Shown piece after piece: positions 39,501 through 53,222 of a stretch of 64,000 nucleotides of DNA. The stretch is from Acanthaster planci. Its lineage: Eukaryota. The translations under genes and the position numbers were made by a program. Location of the stretch: positions 1,934,540-1,998,539 of the forward strand of contig NW_019091359.1 in assembly GCF_001949145.1 (NCBI RefSeq), written 5' to 3'. Every line of letters begins with the position of its first letter. Within the stretch, counting starts at the first letter, position 1. The notes under the pieces were generated by a model, which made no database searches, was not told the DNA's origin, and was given only the letters and a program-made list of their open reading frames with translations.

Positions 39501-42499
39501 GCCATTGTCAGACTAAGACAGGGCAGGCAGCAGCATCTCTAAAGTATGAGCCCTTGGGCCACGAATCAGTGCGCTATGACAAACATTTTCTCCCGCTTAT
39601 TGTGCTAGCAATTTTCCCTCTTAAACCCATTCTGATATAACTCAGTCGGGGAAAAATATTGGCTTGTGCCCTCCGGGTGAGTGTTCAGTTCTCGCATGTT
39701 GAACCGCCCATTTGGATGTTCATTTGCTGGTCCAGAAATGTCTATCTTGGAGTAATCCTGATGAAAAAATGACATGATTTGACCTAGGGTATTGTAAGGT
39801 GTAACCTAGACGAACATTAATGACAATTTTTTTTTTAAAATTATTTTCCAATTTCAAACCTCCCTAATGTTTGTGATCATTTTAACTGTCACAAATTGAA
39901 TGGTACAGCTAATTATGTTTGCGGAATCATCTTGATTCCTGGTTTACACTAGATGTGTTACGAGGCAAAATCGTGCACGTGGCAACAGGATGTATTTTAC
40001 ACCAGTTCAGGGTAAATATTAATCTTTCTCTTAATTACTGCCATGAAGCAGTCCAGCATTCAGTTCTGTATCTTTGCCCATAAAAATCTGTGATCAAATT
40101 TGTTTCCGATTTAACACAAATATTTATGAAAATGATTTGCCCATTTTCAAAGGGGATTGTTGAAAAGGTTTGCCTTTCTTTTTCGTTGTTTCTGTTGACT
40201 TAACCCTAGATATGTGGATCAAGAATGCAGTTGTCAAGCTTAAGGTGAAGCTTGCACAGCAGTTGCTGGTTGCTGCAAGCAGTTGCTCCCTACTGGGATT
40301 GAAATGTCGGAGGAATCAGATGGCTAGAAGGTGCCATATGGGGGGGGAGGGACAGAAAAAAGTCCTTGTCTTACATGCAAAGTCTAACAGCTGGGATGCC
40401 GTTTTAGTATAGCCTGATCAAAGTGAGAGATGATATGACACAAGGGAAAAATTGACAATGGGTATAACAATAATAGGTCCACATACAAGTCAATAGTTTG
40501 AACTCATGGAAAGTCTGTAAAAGAGTTTTCAACAGAAACGGGCCACACCTCCAGAAGTCTGTGATATTTTTGTTTGGTTTTTGCGTCAGTATTTTGTCGC
40601 CATTATTTTTCTCTGTGGTAGTATATTCATTGTGCAGCTTTTACATTGAACTTGTGACTGGATTGATCACCGGAGAAATGCTGATTGGGTGGGATAGAAC
40701 ATAAAAGCGAATCAAGTCCAAACAGATGTTGGCTGATAAATCTACATGTGTGGCAGCATTGTCAGCGTTGCCTGGCTTCAAGAGGGGCACTAAGGGTTGC
40801 ATACCAGGGCGAGCTTCGCTTATCAGTTTTTCTAGAGTTAGGGCCACCGGCACTCTGGGGCCCTGTGTCTTTCAGCTCCATGGACGTTGTTGGATCTTTT
40901 CACAAGGGGGCCAGGTGCCACGCAGACCAGCAGTGTGGAGCCGGCGACACAATCAGAAATTAAAGGCGGGTAGTGATTGACACGCCGTCATCACTTAACT
41001 TTTAAATCATATAATTTTTTTTGAGGGGGGGGAGTCTGGACTTAGGTGCTTTCAGCAGGTGTCCTCTCGGGAACTTACCTGTTCTTTGGCCAGTGACATC
41101 TACACATGTATACAGGTATTGAACAGGAATAATTGGCAGGGCTTATGGGACACTGGAGCATTGCCAGTAGTTAAGCAGGAATCAGTTTTGGATCCAACAG
41201 GATTGCCATAACTGTAGAATAAATGCTGTGGAATGTACCGTGAGAGTATACCACACTGTTCATTTCTTTAAGTGCCAAGGGCAACATTTGGAACTTGCTT
41301 GGCATAAGCATACTGGTACTTCCTCAGAAAAAGGAATGGCACACCTGGGCCGTTTTCCAATACTCAACTTCGTCTCCGTTTGAGGCTTCGTGTAGAAAAC
41401 CAATCTCTGATTGTGGGCCTGAAGCTTTAAACTTAAATTGAAGTACTGTAATGTTTGGCTCTTTTGCATCTTACAGTACTTTGTTTTGTGGCACTATCAG
41501 ACTTACTATTGCGCTTACAACCTCAAAGTCAGGAAGCGCAAAAAAAAAAAAAGTTGAAGCCTGCTATGGAGCCCAAGCCGAGTATTGAAAACGGCCCACT
41601 ATTGGGCATGTTTACCGTATGGTACACTTTATGAATGGTTTGCCACTGGTTTGATCAGGGTATGGAGTAAAGGCCCAAGTAGTTGCACATGTACACTTGA
41701 TAGCTGGGTCAAAGGGCACCAGTCAGCTGACATTGGCAGTTCTGAATTGAAGTTCTCTTTATTTTCCACATTATTTACATGTGGGTGTTGGACTGTAGTC
41801 GATTTGAATCGAGGAAGTACAAGTAAGGAATAGAACGTTTTGACTTTAAAAGATTTCCTAAGCTTCTCAGATCTACTGTGACAAAACTCCTGTATGGACA
41901 GAGCTTATTTTCAGAGTTCACTCACCCTTAACCAAGTTTGTGAAAAAAACTCCAGGTTCACTCCTTTCTTGGGGAATTGTCACCCTGTGAAATGACCAGT
42001 TTTGCCCATTGACAGGCCTGTCAGATGTGTTTGCGAATCCCTCCCGATTTTCCTTGTCAGACGAACCTGACACTTGTCAAGACCATCCTCGCCCTCCCCC
42101 CCACACATACAAAAATCACTGATTCCACAGAAAGTACTAGTAATTCCCATTGATTGCTGTTGGAAATGGATTTTTCTGTCTGTGTATTTTTGACGTGAGT
42201 TGTGTGTAGGGGTGTGTTTGCTTTGGGGATACTGCCCCGGTTCTTGACAAGTTACAGTGGAATGAACAGTGCTGTGCTCGATAACACTGGCTAGTTATTA
42301 CTGTGACCACTAGGCTGATGACCTTAGGTGAGGCTCTATTTGGAGATTTTTAGTGGCTCCATTGGACATGAAAAAAGTTGACCGAAGGTCAGACTCTTGA
42401 AGGCTTAATGGACAAGTGAGTGACATGTACATGTAGATTACCACAGAATAGTGCACTGAAAACTTTTTCTCAGCTCTTCCCAAATGCTCAGAAAATACA

Positions 42500-43400
42500 T
42501 ACAGTAGATTCCCGTTAGGGAACCTACTGTTCCCTAACGGGTACCTGACAGAATTGAGCATTATAACCGCACAGCGCTATAACCGACTGGATGGACATGC
42601 AACATGTGTAACGCACATGTGCACATGTACTGCTATGTACATTATAGATTCATGTATCTACCTGTACATGTACGTTATATATGTGAATTTCGTTTACATG
42701 TATTGGCAGATATATGTACCGTAATTTCCGGAGTATATGCTTTGTATCTATTTATCTCGATGTATTCGTGACGCTGATAAAAAGACACCAAATCTCTTCA
42801 AAAACCGCCACAGGACCTTGTGCATGCTGCATCGCGGCACACGCACTGCATCTACACTCACCGCGACATCCTGACTGCTACTGCGTACCCATTCATGGAC
42901 AGTCCAATCGCTGACTTTTCCCAATAACCATGTGACCACAAAAAAGTGATATGCCATCAGAAAACCCAAGTGAAAACAGACCCAACATGTCACGCCAAAC
43001 ACAATCGGCAAAAAGACGAGATTTGCTACACGAAGATACATGTACAATTTGAGCGTCTGGTTTTATTTATCGGTAGAAAGAAACCTTTAGGTAACAAAAT
43101 ACTACATATAGTATCTCATTGTTGATTATTTGTGTCCCAAACTACACCATGAGAATAAATAAAAAAGTGTGAAAATAATCACTACAATGCCGCCACAGCA
43201 AAGCCACACGGCCGCGGCTCACCGTGGTGAGCACCTGTTCGCGATGGTGCTGCACGGACGGCCCAGTGCGTGTCTGCACTCTGATTACTAAACTACTGGT
43301 GTCCAGGATGGCTGGCCAATAGCGGCATTGCGGCCTTGCGATTTGGTTTCATATGTGCTGATTTTCAAAGAATCTGATTTTCCAAGGTAAAGAGCACTGT
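42500..43400. mobile_element. CpG-rich patch with Tc1/pogo-like terminal fragments
   Basis: TA|CAGTAGATTCCCGTTA at 42500 with TATAACCG subrepeats downstream. A second TIR-like start, TA|CCGTAATTTCCGGAGTATA, is at ~42717. Matching right ends were not found and the boundaries are approximate. Confidence 0.4.
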
Positions 43401-43564
43401 AACCGGAATCATTTCACATGCTGTATATGTTTTCAAGATGTATTTTTGGGTTGGGGAGATGTTAATTATATATAACAGGTTTCCCTTACCCAACGTATAT
43501 TAATAAGCACTGTATGCTCAGTGCTTGTCCAAGAGCTTGCAAAAAAAACCTCACAAGCTTACTT

Positions 43565-43618
43565 NNNNNNNNNNNNNNNNNNNNNNNNNNNNNNNNNNNN
43601 NNNNNNNNNNNNNNNNNN
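43565..43618. other. Assembly gap (54 N)
   Basis: N-run. Confidence 1.
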
Positions 43619-46600
43619 TTGTCAACCTGTTCAGCATAAAGTGATTAATATTTGGGACTCAATGTGCAATGAAACTGTATTTCTGTAGATTTGTCGTTGC
43701 AAGTCACCAGGTACATGTTGATGGCCTTCACGACATTGATTTTGTAATCTGAAAGCCCCTTTCGCAGTTTAGCAGTCAGATGCTTTCCCCAACTTTGGGC
43801 CCTCTGACAGAACCTGTAACGCACACCCTGACAATGGCAAATCCCGCCATTCAAGCAGCAGTCTTGAGGTTCTGCTTCCCTCCTAGCATTCCTTTGCTGA
43901 CTGTGGCCAGTGCCCTGGCTGGGATACTTATCCCACCACAACAGACCACAGATCACAATGGGGTCCACAGAGGTATTGCCTCCGCACCAGGTAGATTTCC
44001 TAGAAAATTTTCGCGAACTTTGATAGCTGGATTTTCAAAAAAGGAAAAGGTAGACGTGAAAGCTGGTCCCTTATGGAGCTTCCACACAGTTCAACAGTCA
44101 CTTGTTTTTTCCTCTCCATCGAGATTTCAACAAAGAAGGGTGCACAGTTTTGTTCACACCCAGACGCCAAATCCAAACTGTACACAGTTTGTCATTGAAC
44201 TGCTGTACCAGTTGTTTGGGACCTCTGCTTGACAACAGAGTTGAAGGCAGAGGCGGACATTGCCCTCCATTTTGGCAAGAAGCCGAGTCAGACATGCAGC
44301 AAAATACGCATGTAACTTGATGAAATCAAGATGTTCATATTCTCCTCTTTACTTAGCTCTGCTGTTCATGTAATATCTTTCTTTACTCGAAAAGATCTTG
44401 GGAAAGGGGAAAACCGCCATTTATTTTTGGCAGTGAGAAGGCTTGGTCAGGGTTAACCCCAGCATTAGATCTGCCCAACATCCTGAAAACCTCTGGTACT
44501 GAGACACAACAGAATTTGTGTGTTCCATGCTTATCTCCACTGTACAAAAGGAGACCATAGACCTCTGTGATAAATGCTGATAAAAATCTCACCGATTTGT
44601 GCACAGGTTTTCTGTGCATATATCCTTTCTCTCGGTTTTAGTAGTCAGTTGAATTTTATTAAAAAATTATATAGTCTATAAAATACTCTACTTCAGTGGA
44701 CTATTTGAAACAGTGATGCTGGTGTCGGCAGCACAAGAAAAAGTCACGTAGAAGCGAAAATATCATTTGTCTGTAATTCTGTCCTGTGGGGACTTAAAAT
44801 TTGGGCCATTTATGGATGAGTGTATACCCTAAAACAAATTTTATCTGGGCAAAATTTGTCAGACCCATAAGCACTATAAATTGTTTCTTTGTAATTTTTT
44901 TTACTCCAAAACATGCTGTGCTGTCTGGGTCAGATAGTTCACCACCATGGTGACAAATGTTTATCATCAGACAGTGCTAGCATCTGTCAGTACACCGTTT
45001 TCTTAAACCAGTGCCCTTCCAGGAATGTGTGTCCAATATTGTGTCAGCTGGCTACTCCATCCAGGCCATCATAGAGTCATCTCTTGACCACATCAATCGG
45101 TCTGTGAATGCAAAGCTGTCATGGTCCATGACTCATCCCTTGAAACTAACAACATACCAGTACTAGCTGTGTAAGAGAGATTTTCTAACTTGAAATGGAA
45201 TATTGAATTTACATAGCATCAGTGAAATTTGGAGCACTTCCATTCTTCTCATGATCTCGTTGTTCTACTGAGCTTTCTCAGCAGTATTTGAAACTTGAGA
45301 TTCCGGAAAATGGACATTTTGCCAAGAATCTGTTTAAAGCTAGTTTGTGCATGAACTCTCCAAAACAATGTGTCTTGCTGGACGTCGGGAAAAGAAGACC
45401 TTAATCACCCTGCCTGGTTTTCTTTGGAACTTCTTTCCTGGCAAGTCTACTCGCACCTTTAAAAACCCAGGTATGAAAAGTGATGGACAGTTTGACAATT
45501 GAAACGTTTTGTTACAGATTTAAAAAAATTCCCCTGGGTTGGCATAAGAAAAAGCCTATCACAATGCAGCCATGCTTTTCTTCTTTGTATTCCTGTCATC
45601 AGCGACCACACACTGTATTTCTTTGTCTGCAAATGCTTCTCGTAAATGTAAATGATAAACTCGCCATTTTGACACCTGAATGAGGGACAATCACTCAACT
45701 AAATAATTTCCTTTCACTCTTTGACAGAGGTTATTCATTTTTTCCCCCCCTGCTTGTTGCTAGCTTGCCCCATTTAGCTCAGTTCACTCGGACACAAGCC
45801 CCAGACAGTAAGGGGGTTGTTTGGGGAAGAGGGAATGACAGGGAAGGCCAAAGGTCGTTCAAATAGAGCACCCAGTAACCTACTTGGTGCTGCTTACCTG
45901 GTAATGACCCAGATAATCTTTGGAGAAACTGGGAGAAATAGGGCAACATTTTGTAAGTGGAAGTCAGTCTTGAAGTTTGGATGCTACCTAAATTAGGCCT
46001 GTATATTGGAAGCTGTTACTGTGATAGAAAAGAAACACCAGCATTTTGCCTGTGAAAATAATGTTGGAGGGTTTCTGGTGATGTCACGTGGTGGGCTTTG
46101 TTCCTAAAATACTCTTTGATTGGCTGTAAATTGTGGTTTTCATATCTAAGCCTCCTGCTTGTGCCCTAATTTCATCACTCTGTATGAACTTACCAGACGA
46201 ACTATGAAAGTTCTTCTTAAATTGTTAACATTTACAAATTCGACTCACATTCACAGGATTTTACACAGCATCTTGCTATGTTTGAATGAGATTTATGCAC
46301 TTTTTTTATCAAGGAAAAGGAAGTGGATCTGGAGAGATTTTACAAATTGCAGCTTTATGTCCATTTTGGCTGCAGGCTTTAGTTTCACGAATTTATTCTC
46401 TTAGTCAGAAGTTTGAAGCTTGAAACTTTGAAAGTTGTTATGGAGCCTAATATGTACGTGCAGCCACAGATGGGGCCGGTATGAAGATGTGGGAAAGGCC
46501 CAGGTTTATTTTAAGGTGTCTTACTTGTCCTTTTGCTCATAACAGCATGGAGGGGCAAGCTACTGGAATACCTCATACCTCTTGCTTACTCATGAGAAAT

Positions 46601-49402
46601 TCAGTCTTCTACCTGAACACAGCAATGCTGTACTAGGAAAATTCTGTGGTTAAAAAAAAAAGTTATTTGCTTCAGTCTTAGCTTATTTTTGCAATTTTTA
46701 TCTGTTGAGTTTGACTTTCTGGAGATGTGGACCCAGGACAACACGCTGGTGCATTGTGGTGCTGTCGGGACTTCCGAAACCGGTCTAAGTTGCGTGAAGT
46801 TTACTTCTTGAAGTGGGTAGTTTCTTATTCCTCGGAGATTGGAGTAACACTGGGACATAGATTAAATTCATTGGAAAAGGAAGCATACATGTACATGCAT
46901 GTGCTGATATACCACAGGATTGTAAACAGCCTATTGCATGGCTTGAAGGCTGTGGCAATGTTTACCTTCTCACATTTAGGGTAAAAGACTAAACACGTCT
47001 GGCCCTTTTGAGTGGGCAAAGATTGGGACAGTTCCACCTACAGTCTTTCCTCCAGCCCAACAATAGCTTCAGAAAGGACTACCAATTTTCTCTAGGACAC
47101 AGACACAGTCTTGGAGGAAGCCACTTTTCATTGTCCCCACCAAGGCCTGTACCGCATTTTCCAGTTGGACGGATGCCGCAACATTGCTTATTTACATTTG
47201 CAACATTGCAGGCGTGTCCACAGGACTCGTCATGTGAATGCTTGGGGGATATTTTGCCTGCTAAGGCCCCACCTGTGGGTGTTAAAGCATGAGTAATTTC
47301 TCCGGCAGTTGACAGGCTTTTTACCCCCCAAATCTGATGACGCACAGAGCTCTTGTTCGATGTAAAAAGCACTGTTGTTTTTCTTCCTTCGTGGACTCCG
47401 ACGTGTATTTGGGAAGCGGATTGTTTCCATGAGGAATTTGAAAAGATAAAAACAAGGTGCTTCTTGAAAACTCCAGTTGAAAACAAGCAGTCTACAAAAG
47501 GCTTTGCTGCTTATTTGCTTGTCAGATGGGAGAGCAATAAGCAAAGTGATGCCAGAGCATTCTAAAGCCAGGGATGTGTTTGTTCCCCTGTGGTTTTTTT
47601 TTTTTTTGTGTGCTAAGATGCATTATACTTTTAAGGCAGTCCAGCAAGTTACCGGTAAATGTAACTCTAGCTTGATTTGATTTCTCAAATTACACGTAGT
47701 CTGTATCACATTATTTCTGTCATTCATTCAGCGATTTAAATTCAGTGAATAATGTCCTTATGTTTAAAAGTGTTATTGGCACTGCTGCCTTCATGCATTT
47801 TTCTATTCAAGGTGCTTATATACCCTGGGGTGACAAACAATACCTTTAAGCCTTAAAGGAGCCTTTGGTAATCCCAACCAGACCCCCACATGTCCTTACA
47901 CACAGCATGAACCTGGCCGGTGTTTACATACAAACCCTATACCTGCTGCTATATCACAACTGTACAAACAGTGACATAACCATCTTGGATTGCCCATAAT
48001 ACCCTGCGGTCATATTTCTTGGCTGGATGGCAATTTCCCATTTCACATGTTGTTCAAGGCGATGATACTTTTCCTAAGAAACATAAAATTTGCTGCCATT
48101 AAGACACGTTTATTGAAGGATTTGGAAGTGAAAAGAATTCATAGCTGGTATGAAAAGATGTCTCTGCATTGCTCCAACATCCTTCCTTTAAAAATTTTAT
48201 TTAAAAAATGTCAATACTCGACGTTTGAATACGTGTCGTAAATCCCATTTCTTTTTGTATTAATAGAAAATTCTCCTATATGGACTTTATGTAACTCCAG
48301 GTAAGTTTGAGGTCAGTTAAATATTCATTAGCAACTACTGAGTCAGATTTCATGTACAATCAAATAGCTATTAACTGATATGCATGGCATAGAAAGTAAG
48401 TATATTAAGACTGTTACAAAAATTTGAAACTACAAAAATAAATGTACATGTATAAAACTGAAATTAAAAAAATAGATGCCCTTAAAATGTTGAGCAGCAC
48501 CTGTAGACAGTTGATGCGAAACAGTATACAATTTGAAGATTTACAAAGAAAGCATCCCTGTATGCATTCACAGCACGTTCTGCCCCAGTTAGTCCAACTA
48601 CTCCTGAAAGGTTTTGCCGTGAGAAATATAGAATCTCAGTATTCCCTTTTCCTCAAGAACCCTAAAAATAACTCGAAAGAGCCCTTAGGTCTAGATAAAT
48701 ATTGCATTAAGAATTTGAAATGAAAATACTACATAGAAACTGAATCCACAGGGGAGGGTAGTCCTAACAGCAGGGTTTGGGGGAGGAATTGCAGGTGGGT
48801 TTGGAAAGCATAGATTTCAGCTTATTAGCAACATACCAATCAAGGATATCGTATTTCACTTTTGCTTAATCAAGGTACGCGTAGGTTTGGCAGATTTTGC
48901 TGAATTGTTTTTATACATGTGGCTAAATGCCCCTTGAAAGTTCAAGTACAGAGAATGTACCGGGGTACCACTGGCTCCCTGCACAATAGAGGACAGCTTG
49001 GAGTCCTAACCCCTTGGTGGCAGAGTAGGCATCATTTGACTGTTTTGTACATGTTGTCTTTGTGCACCCTTATTGTTGGGAAGCTGATGGCTCCTTTGAT
49101 CCCTAATCAACAAAGATATGATGACATAGTACAGCCCCCTCAAGTGTCATCGTCAGACGAAGGGCTCTGTTGGGTAAATTGTACATGTACATGTGTGAAT
49201 CTGATTGGGTACTACAAGTGCTACACATATGCAAGTCATTCATAATACACATCAGCTGTACATTTACTGTACATTTATTTACTCATTTATTAAAAATTAT
49301 CAGTTTGAATGAAGTGTTATAGTGTTCATATTAATACTCAAACAGCACATCTCATGATCAAAGCTTGTATCTCAGCTTGTCTTGGTGCTCGCCAAAAATG
49401 TA

Positions 49403-49778
49403 CCAATAAGCCATTTGCGAGTTAAATTTGAATAAAATCTGGTGCGCTGAGTTATCTGACTGCACATAAACATTATGATTTGAATTCCCCAGACTAAAGA
49501 CACTGTTGCTATACCTCGTGATTCGGGGCACGCTTTCGCATAACGACCACCATCTTTGGAATGGACTGGTTCCTGTGTGCCCTTCTTAGCCATTTTGAAC
49601 AGTGTATTGTTGCAAGGCATCTCTTGTGTACATGTAACTAAGCAAAAGCTTGCTCCGAATCACAAGGTATAGCAATAGTGGTTTTAATAAGGAGAATTCA
49701 AGTTGTTATGTTCACAAGAACTTAAAGAACTCAGTGTACCAGATTTGGGTCAAAGTTAATTCGCAAAAGGCTTATTGG
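49403..49778. mobile_element. Fold-back MITE, copy A (~140-bp imperfect TIRs)
   Basis: Left arm CCAATAAGCCATTTGCGAGTTAAATTTGA...TTGCTATACCTCGTGATTCGGGGCA; right arm reverse complement CCAATAAGCCTTTTGCGAATTAACTTTGA...TTGCTATACCTTGTGATTCGGAGCA. A full-length second copy is at 52854-53222. Confidence 0.9.
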
Positions 49779-52700
49779 ATTTGAAGGGATGGAACATTTG
49801 GTGCTTGCACTCAGTGGAACTTCTGTTGGTCATACTCAAGTCATTTACTTTTCTCAGCACTGATACTTGTCTGCAAGTGCTTCACAGTGGCAGTGATTTC
49901 TTCATTGTTTTGATGCAAGACGTCACTGAAATCCCAATATTAACCCCACACAATTCCATGGACTGAACTCTGGTCAAGTTAAGCTGAGTGTCACCGGTGG
50001 CCTGACAATGTGTAATGTTACGCATAACTGGCATAACTGGAGCTTATTTAGCCCCCTGGGGCAGGAATTCTTGAGGAGGTGGGGTACCTGTCCATAGCCA
50101 TTTAGGTGTGGTTTGGGCAAAAAGGTGTTGATTACTGTACCAAATATATGACAGATTCGTGACAAGAAAAACCACGCATTTTTTAGCACTGAGAAATACT
50201 GTATTTTGACAGCAGCAAAATCCTTCCTCATCTAGTCTGAACTTTATTTCGTGATCTTTTGTCTCGGTAATCTTGTTTTTTATCTCTTGTGGTTTTCAAT
50301 CGGCATACATACCTTGAGATTTTTTAATATGCTTTTGCAGTTATTCACGTTGTAATGTATTTTAAATCGAAAATGTTGCTTGTGCATTTTATTGTACCAG
50401 TAGTTGGTAGGAACTATGAACTACGAAACACAAATTTTTTAGATTTCAACTTGATTCAGTTTACAATTATTTATGCCTTTCATACTTGGTACTAAATGTG
50501 GAGACACACAGTCTCTACACAGATTTCAGTCAGTTATAGCTTCCACCAGACCTGTGTGCATAGATGCCGCATTAGGAAATGATTACCTGGTTTTGAACTC
50601 TCAGTGGGCATCCATTCCCATCCAGGCAGCTCTGGGTCACTGACAACCTTTAACTTACCCACTGGTCCCCAGAGCCTGCCTGCAGGCAATTTGGGGCTGC
50701 CAACAGTGCCTGCAGGTAGGACTAGTTGAAAGACTTGGAGATCGTTATTGGTGGACTCCCCTGTAAGTGAGCTTTCATTGACTTTCCAGTGCTGAAATAC
50801 CACTCAACTTTGGGACTGGAGTATCTACAGGTATGTGGAAACTAGAAGTGGCAGATACGATCTTAAGTTAAGGCATTTCTCTTGGTTAGCTTGTGTTGGT
50901 GTTACTACACAGGGTTACATGGAGGCTACAAGGGGGGATGGGGGTGATGAGGGTGCTAGGACTTTCCAATCTCTCTCTTGGGCTGACTCGAGGTCTGTTC
51001 ACCACTTGTGCTTCTTTCAGACTTTGGAGATGATAATAAAGAACTCGTGCATCGCTTGAAACTATGACCATTCTCCGAGTGCCTCCTCCTATAGTTCTCA
51101 CTGGTGTAGTTTATCTGCTGCCTTGCAATAGGGAAAAGTAGGCCCTCTTTGAGCATTGCGTGTTGTGTGACAGGACTGACCGAATGCAATTCAGCCAAGG
51201 CACCGGACACTCTGCCCAATTTCCATCAATGACGGCCTTGAGTACAGAATAGAGTTTTGATTAAGCATACATTTTCTGTATGTACGTGTGTTGTACATTG
51301 TGGTTTTCCACTGATCCTTTTTTATTACTTTTATTATTATTGTGGTTTATTATTAAAATCTTGTTTGCAACCAGAAGCTGAATTACCCAGATTTTCCATT
51401 TCATGAATTAAAAAGGCTTAGAGTACTTTCATTCACAGGTAAACTACTATTAAGAGGGACTGGTCTGTCATGCTATGCATCAAAGCTTAAAAGTACTGGT
51501 ACATTTACATGTCAAGTTGGGCCCTTGTAATATCAACCTTATATTAGTAATGGTTGGCTCTAGATACACCAGCCATGCTAATCTTGTACTGGGACTTTTC
51601 AAATGCTACACAGGCGAACTCTGAGCAGAATCAGTGGAACTGTAAGTGATGGATCAAAGTGAGAATGAGGGACGTGCTTCACTTGCTAAAACCTGCAAAA
51701 GCTTTTAAAATCTCCCGGGAGATTTTTTAAGGATCTGGGAAGGTGAGGGTTGATGAAGGTACATCCAACATTCTCACACTGTCAGTTTGGCTCTCCAAGT
51801 ATTTTTCTCAACTAATGTACAATTTGATATGGTTTTGACCCAGTCACAGGTGTTTTTGTTTGAAGTGCTGCACCTCTCCATTGAACAAGGTTCCTTTCCA
51901 GATGACTCTGAAGTTATGCCTCACTCCCAGGAAAGAAAAATACAATTGCTTTATTCTTCTGTCAGCCATCAGAGGTCACTTTGGAGGCAGGGGATTTGGC
52001 AGACTAAATGTCTGGCCAAAATTATTGGTGACGACTCCCTTGTGGTCTCAGTGCATTATGGGAGATGTGGGAAACCCTCCTGTGAGTGGAGGCATTGAAA
52101 GCTTTAAAGACCTCCTCTCAAAACTGATTACAATCAAAACCAAGCCCATCCAGCAAAAGGTGAGGTGGTCACTGTTTGACTCAGAGCTGTCTCCAGCGCC
52201 CATTGAGTTTGGAGAAATACTTTTTAATAAACGTTTGTCAGTATTGGGCCTGATGAACGAGTTAAGATCATCAAATGGATGATGTGGCACCACGTTTGTG
52301 TCTTTCTTGTTGGACTCTTACAGCTAGGTATAGCAACCATTGAATCCACTTTCCATGTTTAACTGCCTCAAGTTGCCAAGTGTTCCAGATTCACCCTTGC
52401 GTTCCTTGTGTTTTATCTGCTGCCATCTAGTGACTCAAGCTTTCTAAGTATTATCTATCCATGCACGTACTTGTAGGAGCCACCCTGTCTCTTTCTCTAA
52501 AGTCTCTCCTATTTTGCTCTCCTTGCAAAATTGCACCAGTGAGCTGGTGATTTCCAGAAAGAAAATTTGTGTGACTGGTGAAGCAGTGCTGTAATTTACT
52601 TTTTCATTGATCTCTAATTTCTTTTGAAGGAATAATAGTTGTGTTGACCAATGACCTTAATAGCTTCATGGAATTCAGTGCCTACTCAAAGTGGGTGGGT

Positions 52701-52853
52701 CTCCTCTGGAGGCAAACTCACTGTAGGGGGGCTCCATTTCCCCATGATCCCAATTGCTGTTGAGGTTAACCACTTGTCAGGTTGAGGTGGATTCAGTGTT
52801 CGGAAAGTGGCCATTGGATTGGATTGTTAATTTAGCATGCAAATTGAATTTGT

Positions 52854-53222
52854 CCAATAAGCCATTTGTGAGTTGAATTTGAATAAAATCTGGTGCACTG
52901 AGTTATCTGACTGCATATAAACATGACGTTTTGAATTCCCCAAACTAAAGACACTGTTGCTATACCTCATGATTCCAGGCAAGCTTTTGCATAGCGACCA
53001 TCATCTCTGGAATGGACTGGTTTCTTTGTGCCTTTCTTAACCATTGAGAACAGTGTATTGTTGCAAGGTGTCTCTTGTCTGTAACTAAGCAAAAGCTTGC
53101 CCCGAATTTCGAGGTATAGCAATGGTTTTAATAAGGAGAATTCAATTTGTTATGTTCACGTGAATTTAAAGAACTTAATGTACCAGATTTCGGTCAAAGT
53201 TAACTCACAAAAGGCATATTGG
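52854..53222. mobile_element. Fold-back MITE, copy B (same family and orientation as 49403-49778)
   Basis: Colinear end-to-end similarity with copy A (e.g. GAATAAAATCTGGTGC.CTGAGTTATCTGACTGCA, GGAATGGACTGGTT, GAACAGTGTATTGTTGCAAGG, GTAACTAAGCAAAAGCTTGC). The flanks are unrelated. Confidence 0.9.
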
